Shown here: piece by piece, positions 55,733 through 64,000 of the stretch
Numbering within the stretch: the stretch's first letter is position 1
Layout of the letters: every line of letters begins with the position of its first letter
Source of the DNA: Minisyncoccia bacterium
Lineage (GTDB): Bacteria; Patescibacteriota; Minisyncoccia; Phycocordibacterales; UBA918
Length of the DNA stretch: 64,000 bases
NCBI GenBank assembly: GCA_046598345.1
Contig: JBKJIT010000001.1
Coordinates: 108,251-172,250, forward strand
Direction: 5' to 3'
Notes under the pieces: generated by a model
What the model was told of the DNA's origin: nothing
What the model saw: only the letters and a program-made list of their open reading frames with translations
Database searches by the model: none
Translations under genes and position numbers: made by a program

Positions 55733-58267
55733 ATGTCATTTCTCGATAGATTTTTCGGCCCCACTTACGAAAAGGAGCTTAAGGAAATTAAGCCTATTGT
55801 GGCAAAAATTAATGAGCTGGGAGAAGTCATGAAAGCCCTCAGTGATGCAGATTTGTCTGCGAAAACTGATGCGTTTAAAGCACTTCTTACAGAAGGAAAG
55901 ACACTCGACGACATACTTCCTCAGGCATTTGCTGCGGTCCGCGAGGCTAGTACCCGAACGCTTGGGCAACGTCACTACGATGAGCAGCTCATCGGTGGAA
56001 TCATTCTTCATCGCGGCAAGATTACTGAGATGCGTACGGGAGAAGGAAAGACATTGGTAGGAACTTTGCCTGCGTACCTCAATGCACTCTCTGGAGAGGG
56101 TGTGCACGTGATCACCGTGAACGATTACCTCGCGCGTCGTGACGCGGTGTGGATGGGTCAAATTTATGCAAAACTTGGATTACGTGTCGGTATCATAAAT
56201 CAAAATGAATCGTATCTCTATGATCCAGAACATCAGAACAAGGATTCTGAACGTGATGCCGAAGGTTCGTTCAGGGTTGTGTATGAATTTCTTCGACCGA
56301 CATCACGTAAGGACGCATATGCTGCTGACATTACGTACGGAACAAACAATGAGTACGGTTTTGATTATCTCCGTGACAATATTGAATTTGATGCAGATCG
56401 ACTTCGACAGCGAGGACATCATTTTGCGATTATCGACGAAGTTGACTCTATTTTAATTGACGAAGCGAGAACCCCACTTATTATCTCCGCCCCCGCTGAA
56501 GACTCAGAGGATCTCTATACGGTTTTTGCTGGTATCGCAGGAAAGCTCATGCCAGAAACGCATTACAATATTGATGAGAAACTGAAAAGCGCGACTTTGA
56601 CCGACGAAGGGGTGGAGTTTGCGGAAAAGATTTTAGGCATTGGAAACATTTATACCGATAAAGGTATTAAGTACGTGCATCATCTTGAAACGGCCGTGCG
56701 CGCAAAGGCGCTCTACAGTCGTGACAAAGAATATGTCGTGAAGGATAACGAGGTCGTTATTGTGGATGAATTTACGGGACGGCTGCAACCTGGACGACGG
56801 TGGTCTGATGGACTACATCAGGCGGTTGAAGCAAAGGAAGGGGTCTCGATTCAGAAAGAGTCACGTACGTACGCTTCGATTACATTTCAAAACTATTTTA
56901 GAATGTACGAAAAGCTCGCTGGTATGACTGGTACAGCACTTACCTCACAGGAAGAATTTTACTCCGTGTACAAACTGGATGTAATTCCTGTACCAACGCA
57001 TCTTCCCGTAAAGCGCACCGACCGCAATGATCTTATCTTCCAGACGGAGCGCGGGAAGATAGAGGCGATCATTCGAAAGATCAAGGAGGTACACGAGACC
57101 GGGCAGCCAATGCTTATCGGTACCGCATCGATTGATAAAAACGAACTCCTCGCCACTCACTTAGCGAAAGCGGGGGTTCCATTCCAAATGCTTAATGCGA
57201 AGAACCACGAACGAGAAGGAGAGATAATTGCGGAAGCGGGTGAGAAGGGCCGCGTGACACTCGCAACGAATATGGCGGGTCGTGGTGTCGACATCAAGCT
57301 CGGCGGTGTGCATGCGACCAAGGAAGAGGCTGAGGAAGTCAAAGCACTAGGAGGACTTTTCGTCCTTGGTACTGAGCGTCACGAAGCAAGACGCATTGAT
57401 AATCAGCTCCGTGGTCGTGCAGGACGTCAGGGAGATTTCGGAGAGACACAGTTTTTTGTATCCATGGAGGATTCTTTGATGCGCGTGTTTGCAAGCGACA
57501 TGGTAAAAAATATGATGGGGCGCTTAGGTATTCCAGAGGATCAGCCTATCGAAAATACTATGATCACGAGGTCGCTTGAATCAGCGCAAAAAAAGATTGA
57601 AGGGTTTCACTTTGATGCAAGGAAGCAAGTCCTCGCCTACGACAATGTGCTTAACCAACAGCGACATATAATCTATGAACGACGGGAAAAGCTACTCTCG
57701 GGTCACGTAGAAGATGTCGAACGGTTGCTTGCTGAAGTTGTCGCATTTGCGCCAGGCGTGGAGCGTGCGATTGAATCTCGAAAACATGAGCTCGGAGAGA
57801 CTGCTTGGATGGAAGTGGTTCGTAGACTCATGCTTCAAGTAAACGATATCCTTTGGGTAGAGCACCTTGAAGTTATGCAACATACACGTTCGAGCGTGAG
57901 TCTACGTGCATACGGTCAGCAGGATCCATTAATTGAGTACCGCAAGGAGGCAATTCGTTTATTTCGAGAAATGGAAGAAGCTGCACTTCACCGGATTGCT
58001 GAGCTCATTCCTACCGTGCGTGTGGAGGCTGTAGAGAAAGAAGAAGAGGCCCTCCGAAAAGCACAGGCTCACGCACAAATTGCAGGGGGATCCCTCGCTG
58101 CAGTGGACGCGCAATCAGGAATTCCGGGAACGCCTGTACGCAAGGAAGATCGTACGGGACGCAATGAGTTTGTAACGATCACGAATGGTAACGAGACAAA
58201 GGAGATGAAATACAAGAAAGCCGAACCTCTCCTCCAAAGTGGGGAGTGGACACTCGTGACGAAATAG
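55733..58267 (+). CDS. secA: Preprotein translocase ATPase SecA
   Basis: EMRTGEGKT, VTVNDYLA-like, DEVDSILIDEARTPL, ATNMAGRGVDI, QLRGRAGRQGD. Confidence 0.98.
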   Translation: MSFLDRFFGPTYEKELKEIKPIVAKINELGEVMKALSDADLSAKTDAFKALLTEGKTLDDILPQAFAAVREASTRTLGQRHYDEQLIGGIILHRGKITEMRTGEGKTLVGTLPAYLNALSGEGVHVITVNDYLARRDAVWMGQIYAKLGLRVGIINQNESYLYDPEHQNKDSERDAEGSFRVVYEFLRPTSRKDAYAADITYGTNNEYGFDYLRDNIEFDADRLRQRGHHFAIIDEVDSILIDEARTPLIISAPAEDSEDLYTVFAGIAGKLMPETHYNIDEKLKSATLTDEGVEFAEKILGIGNIYTDKGIKYVHHLETAVRAKALYSRDKEYVVKDNEVVIVDEFTGRLQPGRRWSDGLHQAVEAKEGVSIQKESRTYASITFQNYFRMYEKLAGMTGTALTSQEEFYSVYKLDVIPVPTHLPVKRTDRNDLIFQTERGKIEAIIRKIKEVHETGQPMLIGTASIDKNELLATHLAKAGVPFQMLNAKNHEREGEIIAEAGEKGRVTLATNMAGRGVDIKLGGVHATKEEAEEVKALGGLFVLGTERHEARRIDNQLRGRAGRQGDFGETQFFVSMEDSLMRVFASDMVKNMMGRLGIPEDQPIENTMITRSLESAQKKIEGFHFDARKQVLAYDNVLNQQRHIIYERREKLLSGHVEDVERLLAEVVAFAPGVERAIESRKHELGETAWMEVVRRLMLQVNDILWVEHLEVMQHTRSSVSLRAYGQQDPLIEYRKEAIRLFREMEEAALHRIAELIPTVRVEAVEKEEEALRKAQAHAQIAGGSLAAVDAQSGIPGTPVRKEDRTGRNEFVTITNGNETKEMKYKKAEPLLQSGEWTLVTK

Positions 58268-58327
58268 TGCTGTCGAGCACAAAAAATCCTGAGCCTCCGC
58301 TCAGGATTTTTTGTGCTCGACAGCACT
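58266..58327. repeat. 29-bp perfect inverted repeat with a 4-nt loop
   Basis: AGTGCTGTCGAGCACAAAAAATCCTGAGC-CTCC-exact reverse complement. Confidence 0.95.
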
Positions 58328-58350
58328 CTGAAAGGGAGTACTATGTACCC

Positions 58351-58686
58351 ATGCATTTTATTCTTCGCACCGTTGCCACCGCACTCGCACTCATCCTCGT
58401 TGCGTACCTGCTTCCAGGAATCGAGGTTACGGGCATATATCCTGCAATTATTGCAGCTCTTATTTTGGGCCTTCTCAATGCGATTGTTCGACCAATTCTT
58501 ATTTTTCTCACACTCCCAGTAACAATAGTAACTCTCGGCCTCTTTATTTTTGTGATTAACGCCGTACTGTTTTCCTGGGTTGCGACCTTTGTTGATGGAT
58601 TTGAAATTACGGGTGGTTTTCTCGCATCCCTCATAGGCTCCATCCTCGTGAGTATCGTGAGTTCGCTCATGAGTAAAATCGCTTAA
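58351..58686 (+). CDS. Phage holin family (YvlD/DUF360-like) membrane protein
   Basis: ALILGLLNAIVRPILIFLTLPVTIVTLGLFIFVINA signature. Confidence 0.88.
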   Translation: MHFILRTVATALALILVAYLLPGIEVTGIYPAIIAALILGLLNAIVRPILIFLTLPVTIVTLGLFIFVINAVLFSWVATFVDGFEITGGFLASLIGSILVSIVSSLMSKIA

Positions 58687-58688
58687 GT

Positions 58689-59342
58689 ATGAAGGAGGTT
58701 CGGCACATGGGTATTTTGGTGCTCATTGTATGCCTCATAGTCGTATCCCTTGTGGGCGTCATGTGGGACATTCCACTTGATCACATTGTTGCCTATGCAG
58801 AAACACACAGGCTCTTAGGAGCGTTCCTTTTTGCACTCCTCATGTTCGCTTCTACCGTGTTTGCTCCACTCACGACACTTCCTCTCGTTCCACTCCTTGC
58901 ACCCATCCTGGGTCCGTTCACTACAGCGATAGCAAGCATTATCGGATGGACTACGGGTGCCACAGTCGCATTTCTTATTGCGCGTCACGGGGGACGCCCG
59001 GCACTCCTTCGGCATGTTGATCTACAGAAGGTTGAGCGATACGAATCTCTGCTTCCCAAGGAAACACACTTCCTCGCACTCGTCATGCTTCGCATGCTTA
59101 TACCGGTTGATCTACTCAGCTACGCGCTCGGGTTTTTAAGTACCGTAAAACTCGGGGAGTACGTGCTCACAACGATTATTGGTGTGTCGTGGTTCTCGTT
59201 TGCCTTTGCGTACATGGGGGATGCCATCATGAGTCGGAACTATGTACTTTTGGGCGGGATCGGTGTAGCATCAATCCTCGTGCTCAGTATTGCGTACAGC
59301 TATCTACGGAAAGGAAAACGCAAAAACACTGATCCCACATAA
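58689..59342 (+). CDS. DedA/TVP38 (VTT-domain) membrane protein
   Basis: GATVAFLIAR.GGR, LRM..P.DLLSYALG. Confidence 0.85.
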   Translation: MKEVRHMGILVLIVCLIVVSLVGVMWDIPLDHIVAYAETHRLLGAFLFALLMFASTVFAPLTTLPLVPLLAPILGPFTTAIASIIGWTTGATVAFLIARHGGRPALLRHVDLQKVERYESLLPKETHFLALVMLRMLIPVDLLSYALGFLSTVKLGEYVLTTIIGVSWFSFAFAYMGDAIMSRNYVLLGGIGVASILVLSIAYSYLRKGKRKNTDPT

Positions 59343-59345
59343 ACT

Positions 59346-60350
59346 ATGTTTGTTGATGAATTAGAAATTGCAGCCATCGCGGGAACGGGGGGGCCGGGAG
59401 TCGTCCGTTGGCGACGCGAAAAGTCTGAACCTCTCGGAGGGCCTAATGGTGGAAATGGAGGAAGGGGCGGCGACGTTTATATGCGTGCTGTCAGGGATCT
59501 AAGCCTGCTTTCCAAATATACAGGATCAAAGGAATTTGCGGCAGGAAACGGTGATGCCGGAGGCAATAGTAGTCAGCATGGGCATGACGGAAAGGATTAC
59601 ATCATAGATGTCCCGGTAGGCGCTACAGTGACCGATTTGGCTCGTGAACGCGTTTTTACATTTAATACAGTTGGTGAGACCCACAAGATACTCCAAGGTG
59701 GGCACGGTGGTCTCGGAAATGAGTATTTCAAATCGTCCACTAATCGGTCTCCCGATCGTGCGACTACTGGAAAAGCGGGGGAGACGGGAAGGTTCTTAAT
59801 TGAACTTTCGCTTATTGTTGATGTTGGACTTGTCGGTTTTCCAAATGCTGGAAAATCAACACTTATTAATGCGCTCACGAATACGAGGGCTAAAGTAGGT
59901 GCGTATCCCTTTACGACCTTAGAGCCTCATCTCGGGGATTTGTATGGATTTGTTATTGCAGACATCCCAGGGCTTATTGAGGGTGCCTCAGAAGGAAAAG
60001 GATTGGGACATAAATTTCTGCGTCATGTGAGCCGTACCAAGATGATCCTACATTTAATTTCACTTGAACAAGAGGATGTTCTAGATGCCTACCGCATAAT
60101 TCACGAAGAGCTCGAAAAACATGACCCTGCACTGCTTCAAAAAAATGAGTGGGTACTCCTTACAAAAAGTGATCTGGTTTCAGGAGATGATGCTGAGGCT
60201 GCAAAGAAACTTCTCGCTAAAATCAGCCCTAATGTATTTGTTGTCTCATCAGAAACAGGGGAGTCCATAAAAGAACTCTCTGACTCGCTCGTGCTGTACC
60301 TTCGAAATAGTGAAAAAGAGGATGAAAAAAGTGCGACCTCTCCAAAATAA
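59346..60350 (+). CDS. obgE: GTPase Obg/CgtA
   Basis: MFVDE, Gly-rich Obg fold, GFPNAGKST, YPFTTL, DIPGLIEGA. Confidence 0.96.
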   Translation: MFVDELEIAAIAGTGGPGVVRWRREKSEPLGGPNGGNGGRGGDVYMRAVRDLSLLSKYTGSKEFAAGNGDAGGNSSQHGHDGKDYIIDVPVGATVTDLARERVFTFNTVGETHKILQGGHGGLGNEYFKSSTNRSPDRATTGKAGETGRFLIELSLIVDVGLVGFPNAGKSTLINALTNTRAKVGAYPFTTLEPHLGDLYGFVIADIPGLIEGASEGKGLGHKFLRHVSRTKMILHLISLEQEDVLDAYRIIHEELEKHDPALLQKNEWVLLTKSDLVSGDDAEAAKKLLAKISPNVFVVSSETGESIKELSDSLVLYLRNSEKEDEKSATSPK

Positions 60351-60501
60351 TTTCTGTACCAACCGCGACATTATTTTTATAAAAGAGGTTTTATTTATAT
60401 TTTAAGCCGTACAATTCTAGCCTGGAAACAGGATATTGACATAAATGAGAAACGTGTGATTTTAACTTGCCAAATAGCCCTGTAACGCTACTATACACAC
60501 C

Positions 60502-61935
60502 ATGCAAACGGAGGAAAAAACTACAGATACAGTCTACCGACCGACAATTGGAATTGAAGTTCATGCAGAACTGAAGACCAAAACAAAAATGTTTTGTGAT
60601 TCTGCTAATGCTCCACACACTGGGGAACCAAATACGCACATTTGTCCGGTCTGTCTCGCTCATCCGGGGACTCTTCCTGTCATTAATAAAGAGGCAGTAA
60701 AGCATGTGCTTAAAGTAGGACTAGCACTCGGTAGTGAGCTCGCCTCGTATACAGAGTTTGATCGCAAAAATTATTTTTATCCAGATATTCCGAAAGGGTA
60801 TCAAATTAGTCAGTACATCTATCCGTTGGTAAAAGGTGGTGTTCTTGAAGGAGTCGCGATTACCAGAGTTCATCTTGAGGAAGACACTGCACGTTCACAG
60901 CATGAATCGGGAGAAGGAAGTCTCATTGATTATAATCGGGCAGGAGTTCCGCTCATGGAACTGGTTACCGAACCAGTAATTCATTCTGCAAAAGATGCAG
61001 CAAACTTTGCACGTGAACTTCAGCTTCTTCTCCGGACTCTCGGGGTTTCAGACGCAAACATGGAACAGGGGGAAATGCGAGTTGAAGCAAATATCTCTAT
61101 AAGTAGTACGGATACATTTGGTACTAAAGTAGAAGTAAAAAACTTAAATTCATTCAAGTCCGTCGAAAGTGCGATTATCTATGAAATTGACCGCCAGAAA
61201 GAACTCCTTGAGAAGGGTGAAATGGTGGTTCAGGAAACAAGGGGATGGGACGAGATTAAATCGCGCACGTTCTCACAACGCCTAAAAGAAACCGCGCACG
61301 AGTACCGCTACTTCCCAGATCCTGATTTGCCTAAGTTGGATTTAACGTCGTATTCTGAATTTTCAGTATCTCGTCTACAGCAGGAAATACCACTTTTACC
61401 CTCAATTCTGCGCGAAAAATATAGTTATCTTGGATTGACGAGAGAACACATTGAAATAATTATTGCTGATACAGTCTTGCGAGTATTTTTTGCTGCAGTG
61501 CTTCTGCATACGAATGATAATCAGAAGCTCGCAACTCTTTCTGCGAATTATCTGACTTCTGATATTGGGCAACTTCGTATGAATGGATTGGTTCTTAATC
61601 CAAGTCGTTCAGAGGCCTTTGTTTCTTTGATGAAAATGGTGGAGGAAGGTAAAATCACCTCACGAGTTGCTAAAGATTTACTTTTGGAAGTATTGGAAAG
61701 TGAAGTAAATCCTCAGGATTTAGCTGAATCTCGTGGACTCTTACAAAATAATTCTAGTGATGCACTTCGGGTTGTGGTTTTGGAGGTTATTGCACTGAAC
61801 GAGAGTGTGGTTCTGGAATACCGAGCAGGGAAGATCACATCACTGCAATTTCTTGTTGGACAGGGTATGAAGGCAACTAAGGGATCTGCCAATCCAACAC
61901 TACTCGCAGAACTGTTTGTCGCGGAGCTTCAGTAA
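60502..61935 (+). CDS. gatB: Asp/Glu-tRNA amidotransferase subunit B
   Basis: IGIEVH, CPVCLAHPG.LP, FDRKNYFYPD, HLEED, YRYFPDPDL. Confidence 0.97.
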   Translation: MQTEEKTTDTVYRPTIGIEVHAELKTKTKMFCDSANAPHTGEPNTHICPVCLAHPGTLPVINKEAVKHVLKVGLALGSELASYTEFDRKNYFYPDIPKGYQISQYIYPLVKGGVLEGVAITRVHLEEDTARSQHESGEGSLIDYNRAGVPLMELVTEPVIHSAKDAANFARELQLLLRTLGVSDANMEQGEMRVEANISISSTDTFGTKVEVKNLNSFKSVESAIIYEIDRQKELLEKGEMVVQETRGWDEIKSRTFSQRLKETAHEYRYFPDPDLPKLDLTSYSEFSVSRLQQEIPLLPSILREKYSYLGLTREHIEIIIADTVLRVFFAAVLLHTNDNQKLATLSANYLTSDIGQLRMNGLVLNPSRSEAFVSLMKMVEEGKITSRVAKDLLLEVLESEVNPQDLAESRGLLQNNSSDALRVVVLEVIALNESVVLEYRAGKITSLQFLVGQGMKATKGSANPTLLAELFVAELQ

Positions 61936-62032
61936 AATAAATCGTTATCTCGGATTGACGCTGTAAAGCTATCCACCATGTATTTGCATGATATCTCTGG
62001 TATTCCAGGGCGGTTCTTGTATACTTGTCGTG

Positions 62033-62983
62033 ATGGATACACTCGTTCTTGATGGGAAGAGTTTTATGAAAGCGTCTAAGGCTGCGCGAGATCTCGGCTA
62101 CACTGCTGATTACGTTGGTCAACTTTGTAGAAGTGGAAAGGTCCCTGCACACCTTGTGGGAAGAACCTGGTACGTGGATGCAGCACACCTCGGTGAGCAT
62201 CGGGTTGAAAAGAAGCGTATGGCACGAGTTAAAGCTCGTGAGCAGGCACACAAAGCACTTGAGGAACACAGGTTACTTCGAATTCAGACGGAAACTGATC
62301 CAAAGCCAGGGCGGCGAATTGCCTATGCAGAAGATCGGAGTGAGCTGATTCCAAAGCCCCGTAAGCTTACTATTGCAAGTGAGTACGAGCCTCGAGAGCC
62401 TGTTGTTTTAGAGGAAACTGCTGATCCTTTTATTATCGAAAATAAGGGAGAGAAAATCCTCATGGAGGGCAAAATTAAGATTTTTGATGCAAATGATGAT
62501 GCGCTTACTGACCCAGACACAATAATTCTTCATCCAAAAATACAGAGAAAACATGGAAAACCTGAAGTAATAGAAGTGAGCGAGAAGAAAACACCAACAG
62601 CCCATGAGGTGCACTTAATTGTTTCCGAGGAAATAGGGGAAACTGAGGTTGATCTACCTATTCAGACCGATTCAGTACCTTCTAAGCCCGCCTTTGCAAG
62701 CTTTGCTGATCGTCTTGAGAGCATGGAAGACACAAAAGTTCCTGCAGTAAGTAGTAAGCCTATTCCAGATCAAGAACCAGTAGTTTCACCAGTTAAACCA
62801 CCTAGGAAATCGATCGCTGTTCCGCTAAGCGTCATCTTTCTAGCGGTTATCATTATCGTTCTATCATTCGGAGTTGGAAGTCTGTGGCAGGTTACGACAA
62901 GTCAGGATACCTCTGGACTACTCAGTATCTCGTACTACTTCGAAACACAGTCAACCATTAACTTTATATTAAGCAAAATATAG
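62033..62983 (+). CDS. N-terminal excisionase/MerR-like HTH protein with a C-terminal TM
   Basis: AARDLGYTADYVGQLCRSGKV...VGRTWYV; hydrophobic segment near the C-terminus. Confidence 0.8.
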   Translation: MDTLVLDGKSFMKASKAARDLGYTADYVGQLCRSGKVPAHLVGRTWYVDAAHLGEHRVEKKRMARVKAREQAHKALEEHRLLRIQTETDPKPGRRIAYAEDRSELIPKPRKLTIASEYEPREPVVLEETADPFIIENKGEKILMEGKIKIFDANDDALTDPDTIILHPKIQRKHGKPEVIEVSEKKTPTAHEVHLIVSEEIGETEVDLPIQTDSVPSKPAFASFADRLESMEDTKVPAVSSKPIPDQEPVVSPVKPPRKSIAVPLSVIFLAVIIIVLSFGVGSLWQVTTSQDTSGLLSISYYFETQSTINFILSKI

Positions 62984-63015
62984 GTATCTCGTCTAAACTA
63001 TATTAAAAATACTCA

Positions 63016-63219
63016 TAACCTTTGCTTAGGTCACCAGCAAGTGGCGTGTTTCTGGAAGCTGGTGCGCTATTTTGAGATTGTCACTGAGGTGGCATATTTT
63101 CTTTGTAAGGTTACAGACCCTATTCGCCCGTGCTTTTCGAAAATGAACGCCAGCTAGGAAATGTATTCAAAAGTACTGAATGTATGCTGACCGAAGTAAA
63201 AGCGCTGGGTCTGTTTTTT
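63016..63219 (+). ncRNA. Candidate structured RNA
   Basis: Multibranch domain 63016-63113 plus a long bulged hairpin ACAGACCC/GGGTCTGT ending in T6; no ORF; no family recognised. Confidence 0.35.
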
Positions 63220-63427
63220 GGATATGTTTCTGTACACATTTCTGTTTCAAAATTCTAATAGAAATCCCGTTCGGGATTTTTCTTGTTTTCGACTGATTTA
63301 TTCGGGTACTTTTTTAAACCTCTCGATTTATTTTTTCCTCCAAAATTCTATTTGGAAAATGTTAATAACTTTCGTATAGAACTAGGCAAAAAAGCTATAT
63401 AATTTATAGACATTTTGTTTTTTGTTC

Positions 63428-64000
63428 ATGTCTGAAACATTGTCACTTTCTGGTCAGGAATTCATCCCCGCAACTATTGCGGGGAAGCACTTTGGATACA
63501 CCGGTGATTACATTTCAAAACTAGCTCGCGAGGGTCAGGTGGAGGGTACGAAAATTGGTAATCAGTGGTTTGTGACGAATGCATCCGTTCAGGCATTTGT
63601 CGAGCATAAGACCATTGAGAAAACTGAACACTATGCGCGTGTACGTGAGGCGCGTAAACGAGAGCTTGTTGAGTACGCAACGAAAAATGAAGAAGCACAT
63701 GCGGAGAAATCGAGAACACACCGGATGTCTGCACTTATTCAAACACTCGTCATTTTAATCCTCGGACTTTCCGTAGGTGCGAGCGGGTACATCATCCGCA
63801 CGACACCTCTTCCGCAAAATGCATCACTCGCAAGCACTTCGTTTTCTGGTCTCGAACGTCTTGCGGTCATGGTCTATACGTTCGTGTCTGGCGAGAAAAA
63901 AACAGCGCCAGCAATCAATACGTTTACGGTTCCTACCGCAGATCTCGCTGCTACACCGGCGTATGCAACAACGACGCACACATCCCTTGTAGTTGCTCCT
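63428..64000 (+). CDS. Second HTH-TM paralogue, runs off the window (absent from the ORF track)
   Basis: MSETLSLSGQEFIPATIAGKHFGYTGDYISKLAREGQVEGTKIGNQWFV...TLVILILGLSVGASGYII; open to position 64000. Confidence 0.85.
   Translation, partial: MSETLSLSGQEFIPATIAGKHFGYTGDYISKLAREGQVEGTKIGNQWFVTNASVQAFVEHKTIEKTEHYARVREARKRELVEYATKNEEAHAEKSRTHRMSALIQTLVILILGLSVGASGYIIRTTPLPQNASLASTSFSGLERLAVMVYTFVSGEKKTAPAINTFTVPTADLAATPAYATTTHTSLVVAP

Noticed and set aside
58351-58686. Prophage suggested by the holin-family gene
   Set aside because: This family is a common chromosomal membrane protein; no phage genes are adjacent.
1-64000. CRISPR arrays, IS/transposases, integrases, reverse transcriptases, stop-codon reassignment
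   Set aside because: No regularly spaced repeats or such protein motifs were seen; long genes translate fully in code 11 and several end at TGA.

Overview
A 64-kb chromosomal segment of a small-genome bacterium. Gene content and style point to Patescibacteria/CPR (Parcubacteria, Kaiserbacteria-like); this is inference, based on a CPR-type pilin, a stand-alone VirD4-like ATPase, HTH-TM proteins and many apparently leaderless genes. Layout: (1) 1-12 kb holds housekeeping genes (murD, murC, rsmI, a DUF4015 hydrolase, a VirD4-like ATPase) interleaved with many small orphan genes, most with their own promoter, Shine-Dalgarno (SD) site and terminator. It also has an unusual tRNA-Ile(GAT) locus. (2) About 12-54 kb is a surface-glycan cluster of roughly 35 genes: GT4 glycosyltransferases, epimerases, two AsnB-type amidotransferases, methyltransferases, a sulfotransferase plus a Sat/CysC PAPS synthase, KdsD/KdsB, WecB, Wzx, GtrA and a WaaL-like ligase fused to TPRs. 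(3) 54-64 kb holds murB, a 30-aa histone-like microprotein, secA, obgE, gatB, two HTH-TM paralogues and several unexplained structured intergenic regions. The most striking observation is at 1807-2176: the intact tRNA-Ile is nested, between inverted repeats, inside a second tRNA-Ile-like scaffold whose arms are each expanded by hairpin inserts. No CRISPR array, rRNA, transposase or integrase was recognised. All calls come from motif reading and manual base-pairing, with no database searches.
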